Assembly (NCBI GenBank): GCA_965240325.2
Contig: OZ251225.1
Span: 3,596,001-3,660,000, forward strand
Source of the DNA: Rebecca billardiae RCC1528
Lineage: Eukaryota > Protista > Haptophyta
Direction: 5' to 3'
Length of the DNA: 64,000 nt
Every line of letters starts with the position of its first letter. The first letter of the stretch is position 1. A model generated the notes under the pieces. It did no database searches. It worked only from the letters and a program-made list of their open reading frames with translations, and was not told the origin of the DNA. The translations under genes were made by a program, and so were the position numbers. Positions 11,076 to 20,234 of this stretch are shown piece by piece.

Positions 11076-11942
11076 CTACAGCGACGGCGCCCACGACTCG
11101 GGGTCGACATCGAGCATCGCGTCGTCGGGCGTCTGGTTGTAGTAGCGCACAGGGTCGACCCAGAGCTCCTGCTTGATGATTTCAGCGATGAGCAGCGAGT
11201 CCTGGTCACTTGCGACGCCAGACGCCTCGTCCATCACGTCGAACCACGAGAAGAAGGACGCCTCGTCGCCGCGCCGCCGCTTCCCGCCCTGCGCATTATC
11301 CGGCTCCATGGTGAGGTTCTTGCCCTCGCGCCACTGGATCGGGCTCGACGTGACGCACAGCGAGTTGTCAGTGTAGTGGAAGTCCTTGTGCAGCGTGCTG
11401 TTGTGGAAGAACGGGTTCTCGGCGAAGTGCATCTCGATGCGGTAGCCGGATTTGAGGTCGTCCGCCTCGATCACCTCGATCTGCCTCAGGTACTTGAGCG
11501 CCTCGCGATCGCGCTCCGTCAGGATCGAGTGCAGCACCGGGTGGTGAGAGATCTGCGGCCGTGGTGCCCGCGCGATTCGGCAAGCGCGCGCACAGCGCGC
11601 GGGGCGCGGGGTGAGGCCTGCACCACGCGGGCGCGGATCACGCAGAGCACCACCGTAGCGCGAGCACGGACGCCCCACGCCGCAGCCGCGCACCGCCTGC
11701 AGCCAAAAGTCTGGGATGCGCCCAAGCACCTCTGCGCGCCTGTGGTAGAGCGGCTTTCGCCTCTGGTTGAACTCCGCCTCGATCTCGAGCACGCGGTCGG
11801 CTGCCTCCTCGTTGAGCACCTCAAGCTCCTCCTGTATCCGGCCCAGATCCTCGAATGTGTGCTCCGGCGTCGCCGCCCCTCTACTGGACTCGGCGGCAGC
11901 GTCCTCTTCGACGCGCCTCGCGCTCTTGCTCGCCGACGCCAT
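11076..11942 (-). CDS. NAP/SET-family histone chaperone; intron 11553-11693
   Basis: RKPLY..R..V...IPDFW, F.ENPFF.N..L.K.F, PIQW..GK, SFFSWF, IAEIIK.ELW.DP.RYY. 141-nt GTGCGC...GCAG intron. Confidence 0.93.
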   Translation of the reverse strand: MASASKSARRVEEDAAAESSRGAATPEHTFEDLGRIQEELEVLNEEAADRVLEIEAEFNQRRKPLYHRRAEVLGRIPDFWLQAVRGCGVGRPCSRYGGALRDPRPRGAGLTPRPARCARACRIARAPRPQISHHPVLHSILTERDREALKYLRQIEVIEADDLKSGYRIEMHFAENPFFHNSTLHKDFHYTDNSLCVTSSPIQWREGKNLTMEPDNAQGGKRRRGDEASFFSWFDVMDEASGVASDQDSLLIAEIIKQELWVDPVRYYNQTPDDAMLDVDPESWAPSL

Positions 11943-12089
11943 CGTGGGGTGAACTCGACGAAATCTGAAATCTCCGCCGGCGCAGATTGAGCTCGCAGCC
12001 GGGTAATCTTCCACACAGCGCGGGCCAACGCGGGCCGCCGGCGGCGGGCGAGAGGGGGCGTCATCGCACCGTCGCGTGACGGTTGCGTC

Positions 12090-15000
12090 ATGCGCGGCGG
12101 CAAGGTGAAGCAGGGGCGGCGGCAGTCGGGCGCCTCGCCCACCCCGCCCGCGCTGGACGTGCTGCACATCAGCCCGTGCGCCCCCCGCGACCGCTCTCAG
12201 AGCGAGCCGTCCGTCGCCGCCGTCACCGCGCCGGCGCGCGCCGGGCTGCCGCCGCCATTCCCGTCGCTCGGCAGCTCGGGCGGCAGCGAGGGCTCGGTGA
12301 CGAGCGGGCGCGGCGGGGCGGAGCGCGCGCAGACGAGCGGGTCGAGCCGCAACGGAGGCGCGCACGACCTCGGCCCGGGCAGGCCGCCCCCGTCGCGCGC
12401 ACCGCCCACGGCCGACGCGCAGCGGCACCGGCGCAGCAGCTCGACCGGCTCGGCGTCCGCGTCGGCCGCGGCGCTCGCGAGCGGCGTGGGCAGCACGGCC
12501 GAGCGGCTCGCGTTCCTGTACGCGGCCCCGCTCGTCAACCAGGTCCGCGGCGGCACCGTCGACCTGCTCGACTTCAAGACGGAGCGCGACACGCTGCTGG
12601 AGACGCTGCGGCGCGCGGGCAAGCGCGTCGACATCTCGTGCGAGGTCGCGACCACGCGCAACCTGCGCAACGTGCTGCTCGACGGGTGCCGCGTGCTGCA
12701 CTACTCGGGGCACGGGTTCACGAGCCTGCTCCCGGGCGGCGCGGCGCACTCCGTCCTCGCCTTCGAGGACGGCGCGGGCGGCACGCACGCCCTCGAGGTC
12801 TCGGCGATCGAGCAGCTCGTCTCTGCGGGCGCGGAGCGCGGCGGCCGGCGCGGCACGCTCGAGGTGGCGTTCGTCTCGGCGTGCCACTCGGTGGAGGGCG
12901 GCGAGGCGTTCGTGAAGGCGGGCGTGCCGCACGTCATCGCCGTCCGCCGCGACGCGCGCGTGCAGGACCGCGCCGCCTGCCTCTTCGCCGAGGCGTTCTA
13001 CTACGCGCTGCTGCGCGCGAACCGCACGGTGCGGCAGGCGTTCGAGGTCGGCGTGCAGGCGGTCGCGCACGGCACGGGGATCGTGGCGGCGGGGGACGAG
13101 TCGCAGAAGTTCTTGCTGCTGCCCGAGTCGGACCCCGCCGGCGGCGCCGACCGGCACGACCGCACCATCTTCGACGCGGCGCTCGACGGCGCGCTCGTCG
13201 ACCTCTCGCGGCCGCTGCGCGCGCACAACCTGCCTGCCTTCTTCCCGCTGCAGTTCCTCGGCAGGCACGCGCTCTGGCAGCAGGCGGTGGCGGGGGTGCA
13301 GCAGAAGCGCGCGGTGGTGCTCGTCGGCGCGTCGGGGATCGGCAAGACCTCGCTCGCCATCGCCGCCGCGCACTACCTCCTCGAGCGCGACGTCTTCGCC
13401 GGCGGTGCGCGCGCGCGCGCGCGTCACGCGCCGCGCGCGCGCCGCCGAGCGGGCGTGTCGCGCCGCGCGCGCGCGCGCGCGCGAGGCGCCGCACCACTGC
13501 GTCGCGCGGCCCGCCGCCGCCGCCGCGCAGCGCCGATTCGCCCCGCGCGCCCCCTCGCGCGCCGCCGCCGCCCGCAGGCGTGCTGATGATCTCGCTGCAC
13601 GGCGTGAGCTCGCACGCGGCGCTGGTGCGCGCGGTCGGCCACGCGCTGCACGAGGCGACCGGCGGCCCGCGCGTGCGCTCGGCGTACCGCGGGATGGGCG
13701 CGCCGACGGACGCGGACGCGGTGGCGGCGCTGCTGCTGCCCGCGCTGCGCGAGCGCGCGGAGGAGGGCCGCCTCTGCCTCATCCTCGACGGCTGCGACGG
13801 CCTCGGCCTCCCGCTGGCCGCGCTCGCGTCGATCATCGAGCGGCTGCTGCACAAACTGCCCGAGCTGTCGATGCTGTGCACCTCGACGGAGCCGCTGGTG
13901 CTGGCGGGCGTGGCGCAGCGGCAGCTCACGATCCCGCCGATCCCCGCGCTCGACGCCGCGCGCCTCTTCGTCATGCTCTCGCCGCGCGGCCTCACGCACG
14001 CCGAGATTGGCTCCGACAGGCCTGAGCGGCTCGCCGCGGAGATGGCGGCACTCGTGCGCTGCCTCAAGCCGAGCCTTCCGGAGATCGAGCGCTTCACGGT
14101 GCAGCAGGCGGCGGGCGGGGACGGCGGCGGCGCGGGTGGGATCCGCGTGTGCCGCTGGAAGCTCGCAGACGCGCGCTCCGCCGAGATGTTCGCCGCGCAC
14201 CTGCAGGCCGCGGCCGACGGCACCGCGACCGCACCCGGCGGCGCGGCCGTCGCCGCCGCCGCCGCCGCGGCCGCCAACGGAGCAGGGCGCGACGCGGGCG
14301 CGGGCGCGGGCGCGGCGGCCGCGGCGGCGCCGGGCGCCGACGGCGGCGCGGGCGGCGCGAGCGCGGGCCGCGCGGGCTGCGCGCTCGCCTTCGAGGTGCG
14401 CGGCACCAGCGTGATCGCGCGCCTCTCGCACCTGCGCCTGCTCGCCGCGCATCGCGTCGTGCGCGCACTCGGCGGCTCGCCGCGCGCGATCGCGCTGGCC
14501 GTGCACGGCCTCGTGCACGACGACGGCAAGCCGAGGGCGCTGGACGAGTTCGGCGCGCTGCTCGAGGGCGCAGGCGTGGGCCTGCCCGAGCCCGAGCTCG
14601 CGCCGGGCGGCCGAATCGGCGGCGCGGCCCTCGGCGCCCACCCCAGCTCGCCGCCGCCGCCGCCCGAGCGCGCGCCCTCTGAGCGCACTCAGGTGATGCT
14701 TGAGGGGCTGCGCTCCACGCTGCAGCTGCCGCTCGCGGAGGAGGCGGCGGCGGCGGGCGGCGGCGGCGGCGGCGGTGGTGGCGCGGGGCTGGGTGCTGGC
14801 GCCGCCGCCGCCGGCAGCTCGCTCTCGGGCGAGGAGCGCCAGGCGGCGGCGGCGTTTGCGACCGCGGGGCTCGGCGCACACGGCGCGCCCCCTGGCGTGG
14901 TGGCCGCGGCGCGCTCGCCCGCGCCGAGCGGCGGCGGCGGGCGGCGCGGCGAGGAGCTGCCGCCCTCGCTCGAGATCGACGGCTCCGAGGTCGAGCTCGA

Positions 15001-16085
15001 CGAGTGGCTCGGCGGCGGCACGTTCGGCGCCGTCTTCGCCGGCACGTACGCCGGCACGCGCGTCGCAGTGAAGCAGTTCTTCGCGCGCACCGGCTCGCAC
15101 AAAGCGTTTGCACGCGAGGCCAACGTGCTGTGTCACCTGCGGCACCCGAACGTGGTGCAGCTGCTCAAGGTGTGCCGCACGGGCGGGAAGGGGCTGCTCA
15201 TCGTCACCGAGTTCTTCCCGCGCTCGCTCTTCACCTACCTGCACGAGTCGACCGAGCCCGCCGACGGCGCGCGCGAGGGCGCGGCGCCTGAGCTGCTGCC
15301 GCGCGGCGCTGTGCTTCGGCTGTCGCGCGACATCGCGTGCGGCCTGCTGTACCTGCACACGTTCAAGCCGGCCGTGCTGCACCGCAACCTCAAGTCGCAG
15401 AACCTGATGCTCGACGACAGTAGGCGCGTGAAGGTCGCCGACTTCGGTGCGCGCTCGCTCTGCGCCGCGCGGCGCGCCGCGCGCGCGCGCGTGCGGCCGC
15501 GCGCCCGCCGCCGTGCGCGCCTGACTCGCACGACGCCGCCGCGCCTGACTCGCACGACGCCGCCGCGCCGCGCGCGCCGCCGCGCGCGCTCGGCGCCGCC
15601 GCGGCCGGGCAGGCTGGTCGCGCTTCAAGGACGGCAAGGGCGGCAGCGGCCCCGGCACGTTCTTCCACGGGTGGCAGTGGGTCGCCCCCGAGATCCTGTC
15701 CAGCCGGCCGTACACCGAGAAGGCCGACGTGTACTCCTTCGCCATGATCATGTGGGAGATCCAGACGCGCCGGCTGCCCTTCAAAGGGATGAACCCCGTG
15801 CAGATCGGGCTGGCGGTGCGCGAGCAGAAGCTCAGGCCGGACATCCCGGCGGACTGCTCGGCGAGGCACGCGCAGCTGATGCAGCAGTGCTGGCACGAGG
15901 AGCCCGACCACCGGCCAGACTTTGCCGCGATCCTCGCCGTGCTCAACGAGCTGCACGAGGAGGAGGCGGCCGCTGTGGCCGCGGGTGCTGGCGGCGGCAG
16001 CGGCGCCGGCCTGCGTGGCGCCCCGACGGGCGACAGCATCGATGGCGGCGAGGCGGCGGCGAGCGGAGATGCCGCCAGAAGGTGA
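12090..16085 (+). CDS. CHAT (caspase-like) protease + STAND/NB-ARC-like NTPase + TKL-type pseudokinase, 1218 aa; exons 12090-13404, 13578-15446, 15613-16085
   Basis: CHAT: LHYSGHG, LAFED, AFVSACHS, FAEAFYYAL. STAND: FLGR, GASGIGKT, CLILDGCD, LCTS, LGGSPRAI. Kinase: GGGTFG, VAVK, HRNLKSQN, DFG, WVAPE, DVYSF, CW...P..RP. Removing two GT-AG introns gives one 3657-nt frame. Confidence 0.9.
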
Positions 16086-16322
16086 CATCATCATATTTGG
16101 CAGTGATGCATGTGACCTCGCGTCCGGTCAGTTCTCGCGTCACGCGTTAGCCAGTACCGAGTACGGACTACGGACGTCAACAACTTGGCGGCGACGGCGA
16201 CATCAGTGCCCGCGGTAGTTAGCGCAGCCCAATTACGACCTAATACACCGTACTGTAAGCCAATACAGAAGCAGTTTTTAAAACACCGCAAACACGATCC
16301 GAAGTTGAGCACCTTGAGCAGC

Positions 16323-17735
16323 ATGGCCCCCGGCGATGCCCGTCTCCTCGACGGGCGCGGCATCGCCACGCCGATGCTCAGGCTTACGGGGGCGATCTCG
16401 GGCAACTATGTCGCGCACAGCCCCGCTTGGCGGTCCGCGCAGATCGTGTCGCGCACGCTGCTCTTCGCGCCGAGCGCGCTGATGCTCGTGCAATTTGCGC
16501 TCGATTCGTCCATGGGCGCCATCTTCTCGCCTCTGCTCATCGTGGTGGGTGCGGTGGTCTCGGCTACGAACGCCGCCGCAGTCATCGTCGCAAGTATGCG
16601 CGACCACGAGCCCGCGAGCACCGAGCTGCTGGGCCGCGCCGTCGAGGCGCACGGCGCGCGGCAGGTGTGGCTGCGCGACACGCCGGCCTTGCTCGTCCTG
16701 CTCGTCACGCTCGGGGTGCTCGTGTTCAACCTGGCCGCGCAGGTGGCCGAGCCCTCATCGCACGTGCCGTCCGGCGCCCGCGGATCCATGGCGCAGCGCG
16801 TCGTCCGCCACGTGAGCGGCTCGCTCCTCACGCTCGCCTTTGGCGTGCTCATCGCCGGCACCGTGAACGTGCTGCTGCGGCTCGGCTGGTGGATGGGCGC
16901 GTCCATCAAGGCGCTGCATGCGTTCGGCGAGGAGGTGCGCGAGGTCGCGGGCATGCGCGCGCACGCGGGTGCGCCGCCGCCGCCGCCGGCCGGCCGCGCC
17001 GCGCGGCACGGTGGCAGCGCGCGCACGGCGCCACGAGCCCCCGCGCCCGCTGACCCGGAGGCGGTCGCAGACGAGGCGAGCGAGCGGCTGCAGAGCGCAT
17101 ACGCGGCGGCGCGAGAGGTGACCGCGCGGATGAACGAGACGTTCGAGGGGCCCCTCTCCGCGCTGTTCCTCTGCAACGTCTTCTGGGTCCTCGTCTTCGC
17201 GCGTGGCCTGTGGAGCGACGACACGCGGCTGCGCTCCTGGGAGGCGGTCCTAGACTTCTCGAGCTCGGCCACGCTCGCCGTGCTCGCCCTCGTCTGGAGC
17301 GCGCGCGTGGGCGACGTGTGGACGGCGGTGCGGCACGAGGCGGCCGACCCCGAGTCCTCCCTCGCGCTGGTGCGCGTGCTCGGCGCGCACCGCTTCGACG
17401 CCTTCTCGCACGCGCTCGAGCACACGCACGTGGGCTTCCAGGTGTGCCACGTGACGATGACCTCGTTCGCAACCGCGCGCTTTCTGTTTGGGCTCACGCT
17501 CACGGTCGGGCTGGCGGCGCTGCACGCGTGGCACGAGCACCACCGCGAGCACACGCTCGCGCACGAGATCCTCAGCGGGCTCGACGAGGGCGGTATGCTC
17601 GTGGAGGACAGCAGCGGCGCCGGCGATACGGACGTGGCCACAGGCCACGGCAGTGCCCCGGGGGATCTCTCGTCGGCGCACCCACGGCATCCACATCATC
17701 AGCATGCGCGTCGGCTCATGGCGCTAATCGCCTAA
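16323..17735 (+). CDS. Multi-pass membrane protein, gustatory-receptor-like / 7TM ion channel candidate
   Basis: About seven hydrophobic segments and a long loop between TM4 and TM5. Y...REVTARMNETF leads into TM5, SARV ends TM6, and GFQV..VTMT precedes the last helix. Confidence 0.6.
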   Translation: MAPGDARLLDGRGIATPMLRLTGAISGNYVAHSPAWRSAQIVSRTLLFAPSALMLVQFALDSSMGAIFSPLLIVVGAVVSATNAAAVIVASMRDHEPASTELLGRAVEAHGARQVWLRDTPALLVLLVTLGVLVFNLAAQVAEPSSHVPSGARGSMAQRVVRHVSGSLLTLAFGVLIAGTVNVLLRLGWWMGASIKALHAFGEEVREVAGMRAHAGAPPPPPAGRAARHGGSARTAPRAPAPADPEAVADEASERLQSAYAAAREVTARMNETFEGPLSALFLCNVFWVLVFARGLWSDDTRLRSWEAVLDFSSSATLAVLALVWSARVGDVWTAVRHEAADPESSLALVRVLGAHRFDAFSHALEHTHVGFQVCHVTMTSFATARFLFGLTLTVGLAALHAWHEHHREHTLAHEILSGLDEGGMLVEDSSGAGDTDVATGHGSAPGDLSSAHPRHPHHQHARRLMALIA

Positions 17736-20127
17736 TGCAGCGGCCCGCCGGCACCATGATGCAGCAGGTTCTGAAGGCAAAGCGCGCAGCTGTGCCTGTG
17801 ATGAGCACCTGAGTAGCGACGATCGAAGGCCGAATGGCGGCGGCTTTGAAAAGGCGCACGCGGTACAGTATTCACTATTATTCGGTAATCAGACGACGAC
17901 TACGGACAGGTTGCACGGAGAAATGACCGCCCGCGACTGACAGATGTTACATTCACAGTGGACGCGACCTGTCCACCCGTCTTTCGGTACATCGCGCCCG
18001 TCCCATGGCGGCCGGCGCGTGGCGCGAGTGCTTGGAAACCACGGAGCACACGAATGCCGGTGGTTTCCGACCTTCGCCGCCACGGCCCGCCTCCCCGTTC
18101 GCCCGCAATCGGTACCGCAGTCTGGTGCCCAGTTCCTCTCACTCCCGCGTCGGCAGTGGCGCGAAGCCGAAGCGCATCGCGGGAAGAAGCACAACTGGGA
18201 CCTGGATACAGGTGGTAGATAGAGCCTTCAAGGAGGCTGCTCTCGCGCACGAGCAGGATGCGCCGGTTGCGGTATGTGCGTGCACCTTTGCACGAACGTG
18301 TGCTGGTCTCCTGCTGCACTGCTCATACCGTACGCACGAGCGCGCAACCGTGCGCACGCGCTCAGGTGGCTTGGACCACACACGCGAGTGCTTGTGGAGC
18401 TCGCCTCACGAGGCCTTCGTAGAAGAAGGCGGGCAACCGTATGCGCTAAGGAAGCAGAAGGAGATGCTTGCCAAACGCGTGCAGCGCGCGAGGGCGAAGC
18501 TTGCTACGGCGCGCGCGGCCTCTGCTGTTGCAGCTCGGGCCGCTGCTCCGGCCGTGCAGGCGTCTGGCGCGGGGTCCTCGGACAAGCAGGCGAACTCTGG
18601 GCAGTCTGCCTTTGCCGCCGGCAAGAAGTGTCGGAAACGCACACATTTGGTCGTGCGCGTGCCGCGCTCGCGCGCCGTGACGCAGCAAGCAGGCGATCCT
18701 TGACAAGCGCCTCGCTGACGCTCAGCAGGCCGAGGCGACGGCGCGGCGCTCGACCACGCCGACAGGCACGCCCTGAGCGAGGGGGAAGGCACTTTTCGAG
18801 ACAGCACTCAGGCGCTCGACGTTGAGTATGTCATTGATCGTGCGCGTGTGTGATCACGGCAGCAAGACTAAGTCGCGCGAGGTGGAGTAGGTGGTAGCGC
18901 GCCTCTTCGCCGCATCATCCGCAGCTGACTGGCGTGCGCCAGCTCGCTCACGTCGCGCGCGGCAGCGGTCGGCTTCCACCATGTTCGCACAGCGCGGCGC
19001 CGGCTGCACCGCCCGTTCCGCTGGACGCCGGCTCGCTCTTCGTTGACGGCTTCTTCTTCAACCCGGTCGCGCGGGCGCGGTGATGGTACACTCCGGCAGG
19101 CAGATGCGGCGCACTGTCTGATGCTCTATGCGTGCGTGTGCCTTTCCACGACGTCGACTCAGGCTGCTACGCGTGGCATCCAGCTCGACGCGGAGGTCGC
19201 CAGGGCTCGCCCAAGGTCGAGTCTGCCTTGCGTGTGCTAAGTCGCCGAGGTGCGGCCGCAGGGTGCTCGCTGGCTGACTCCTGACGACGACGAGGAGTTG
19301 CGCGCCGTCACAACCTCTCGCACGTATCGTGCCGACCGAGTCGAGTGGATGACGCTCGTGGCGGCTGCTCTTCAAATGACGCGGTCGGGCCCTTGGCGAG
19401 CTTGGGAGGAGGGCTCGGTCTGCTACATGCTCCAAGGGGCCGAAATGTAACACCCAGGTCAGTTTCCCGTGCAACCTGTCTACGAATAATAAATTATAAC
19501 GACGACGCGCGCTGATGACGATTCGACTCATGTCTCATGTGACGATGCGCATGCTATACTCATACGACTCACTATTCACTCAGATTGCGCTAGTGACCGG
19601 CGACAGTCACGACACGAGTCACGACTCGTGATCAATGTAGTGTAATAATGTCACTCAAGTGATCATCGAGCGAATTATAATGATCATCATCGATCTACTC
19701 GACGATCGATTAATTAATATATATATATATCTTAATATGACGATCGCGTCGACGCCAGACGGTGCGTCGACTTCGAGCTTCCGCTCCGGGGCTCGGCGAT
19801 GGAGTGATGGGCGACTACGAGGGGGGGGGGACGACCGACGGCGAGGAGCGCTGACTGCTGAGTCCTGGTGTTTGTCCGTTGTCGTCTCTCGGCTGCTCGA
19901 TCTGCTGCTACAGCCTACAGCTTGCTGACTCTGAGTACTCTGTCTCTGACGCCTGCCCGTTGCATACCACGTCGTACAATGATGAGGAAATGTGGCTGAG
20001 TCAGTTTAAATCAATGCTGATACTTCCGGGTCATCGCGTCCGAGTCGCCGCGTCACTAATATGGCGTCAATGGCAGCGGCGCTACCATCGGCGACGGCTT
20101 CATGGGCGGTGACAGTTGGCGGGCGTC

Positions 20128-20177
20128 AATCTCGCCTGCCTGAGCTGTGTGCGTCTCTTATTCTTAGTAAACTGTAA
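20128..20177 (-). repeat. Single inverted copy of the 48-bp unit found at 24576-24670
   Basis: Exact reverse complement of TACAGTTTACTAAGAATAAGAGACGCACACAGCTCAGGCAGGCGAGAT. Confidence 0.95.
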
Positions 20178-20234
20178 CGTGAAGCAGCAGACAGCAGACT
20201 GCCAGCAGACACACTACACAGCAGTTGACGGGTG

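Noticed and set aside
11076-13427. 783-aa ORF as an extended NAP protein
   Set aside because: The part above 11942 is antisense to the CHAT exon; NAP homology starts near the ATG at 11942.
18005-19450. ORF 18005-18703 and neighbours as a gene
   Set aside because: No recognisable domain or consistent splice model; probably decayed sequence.
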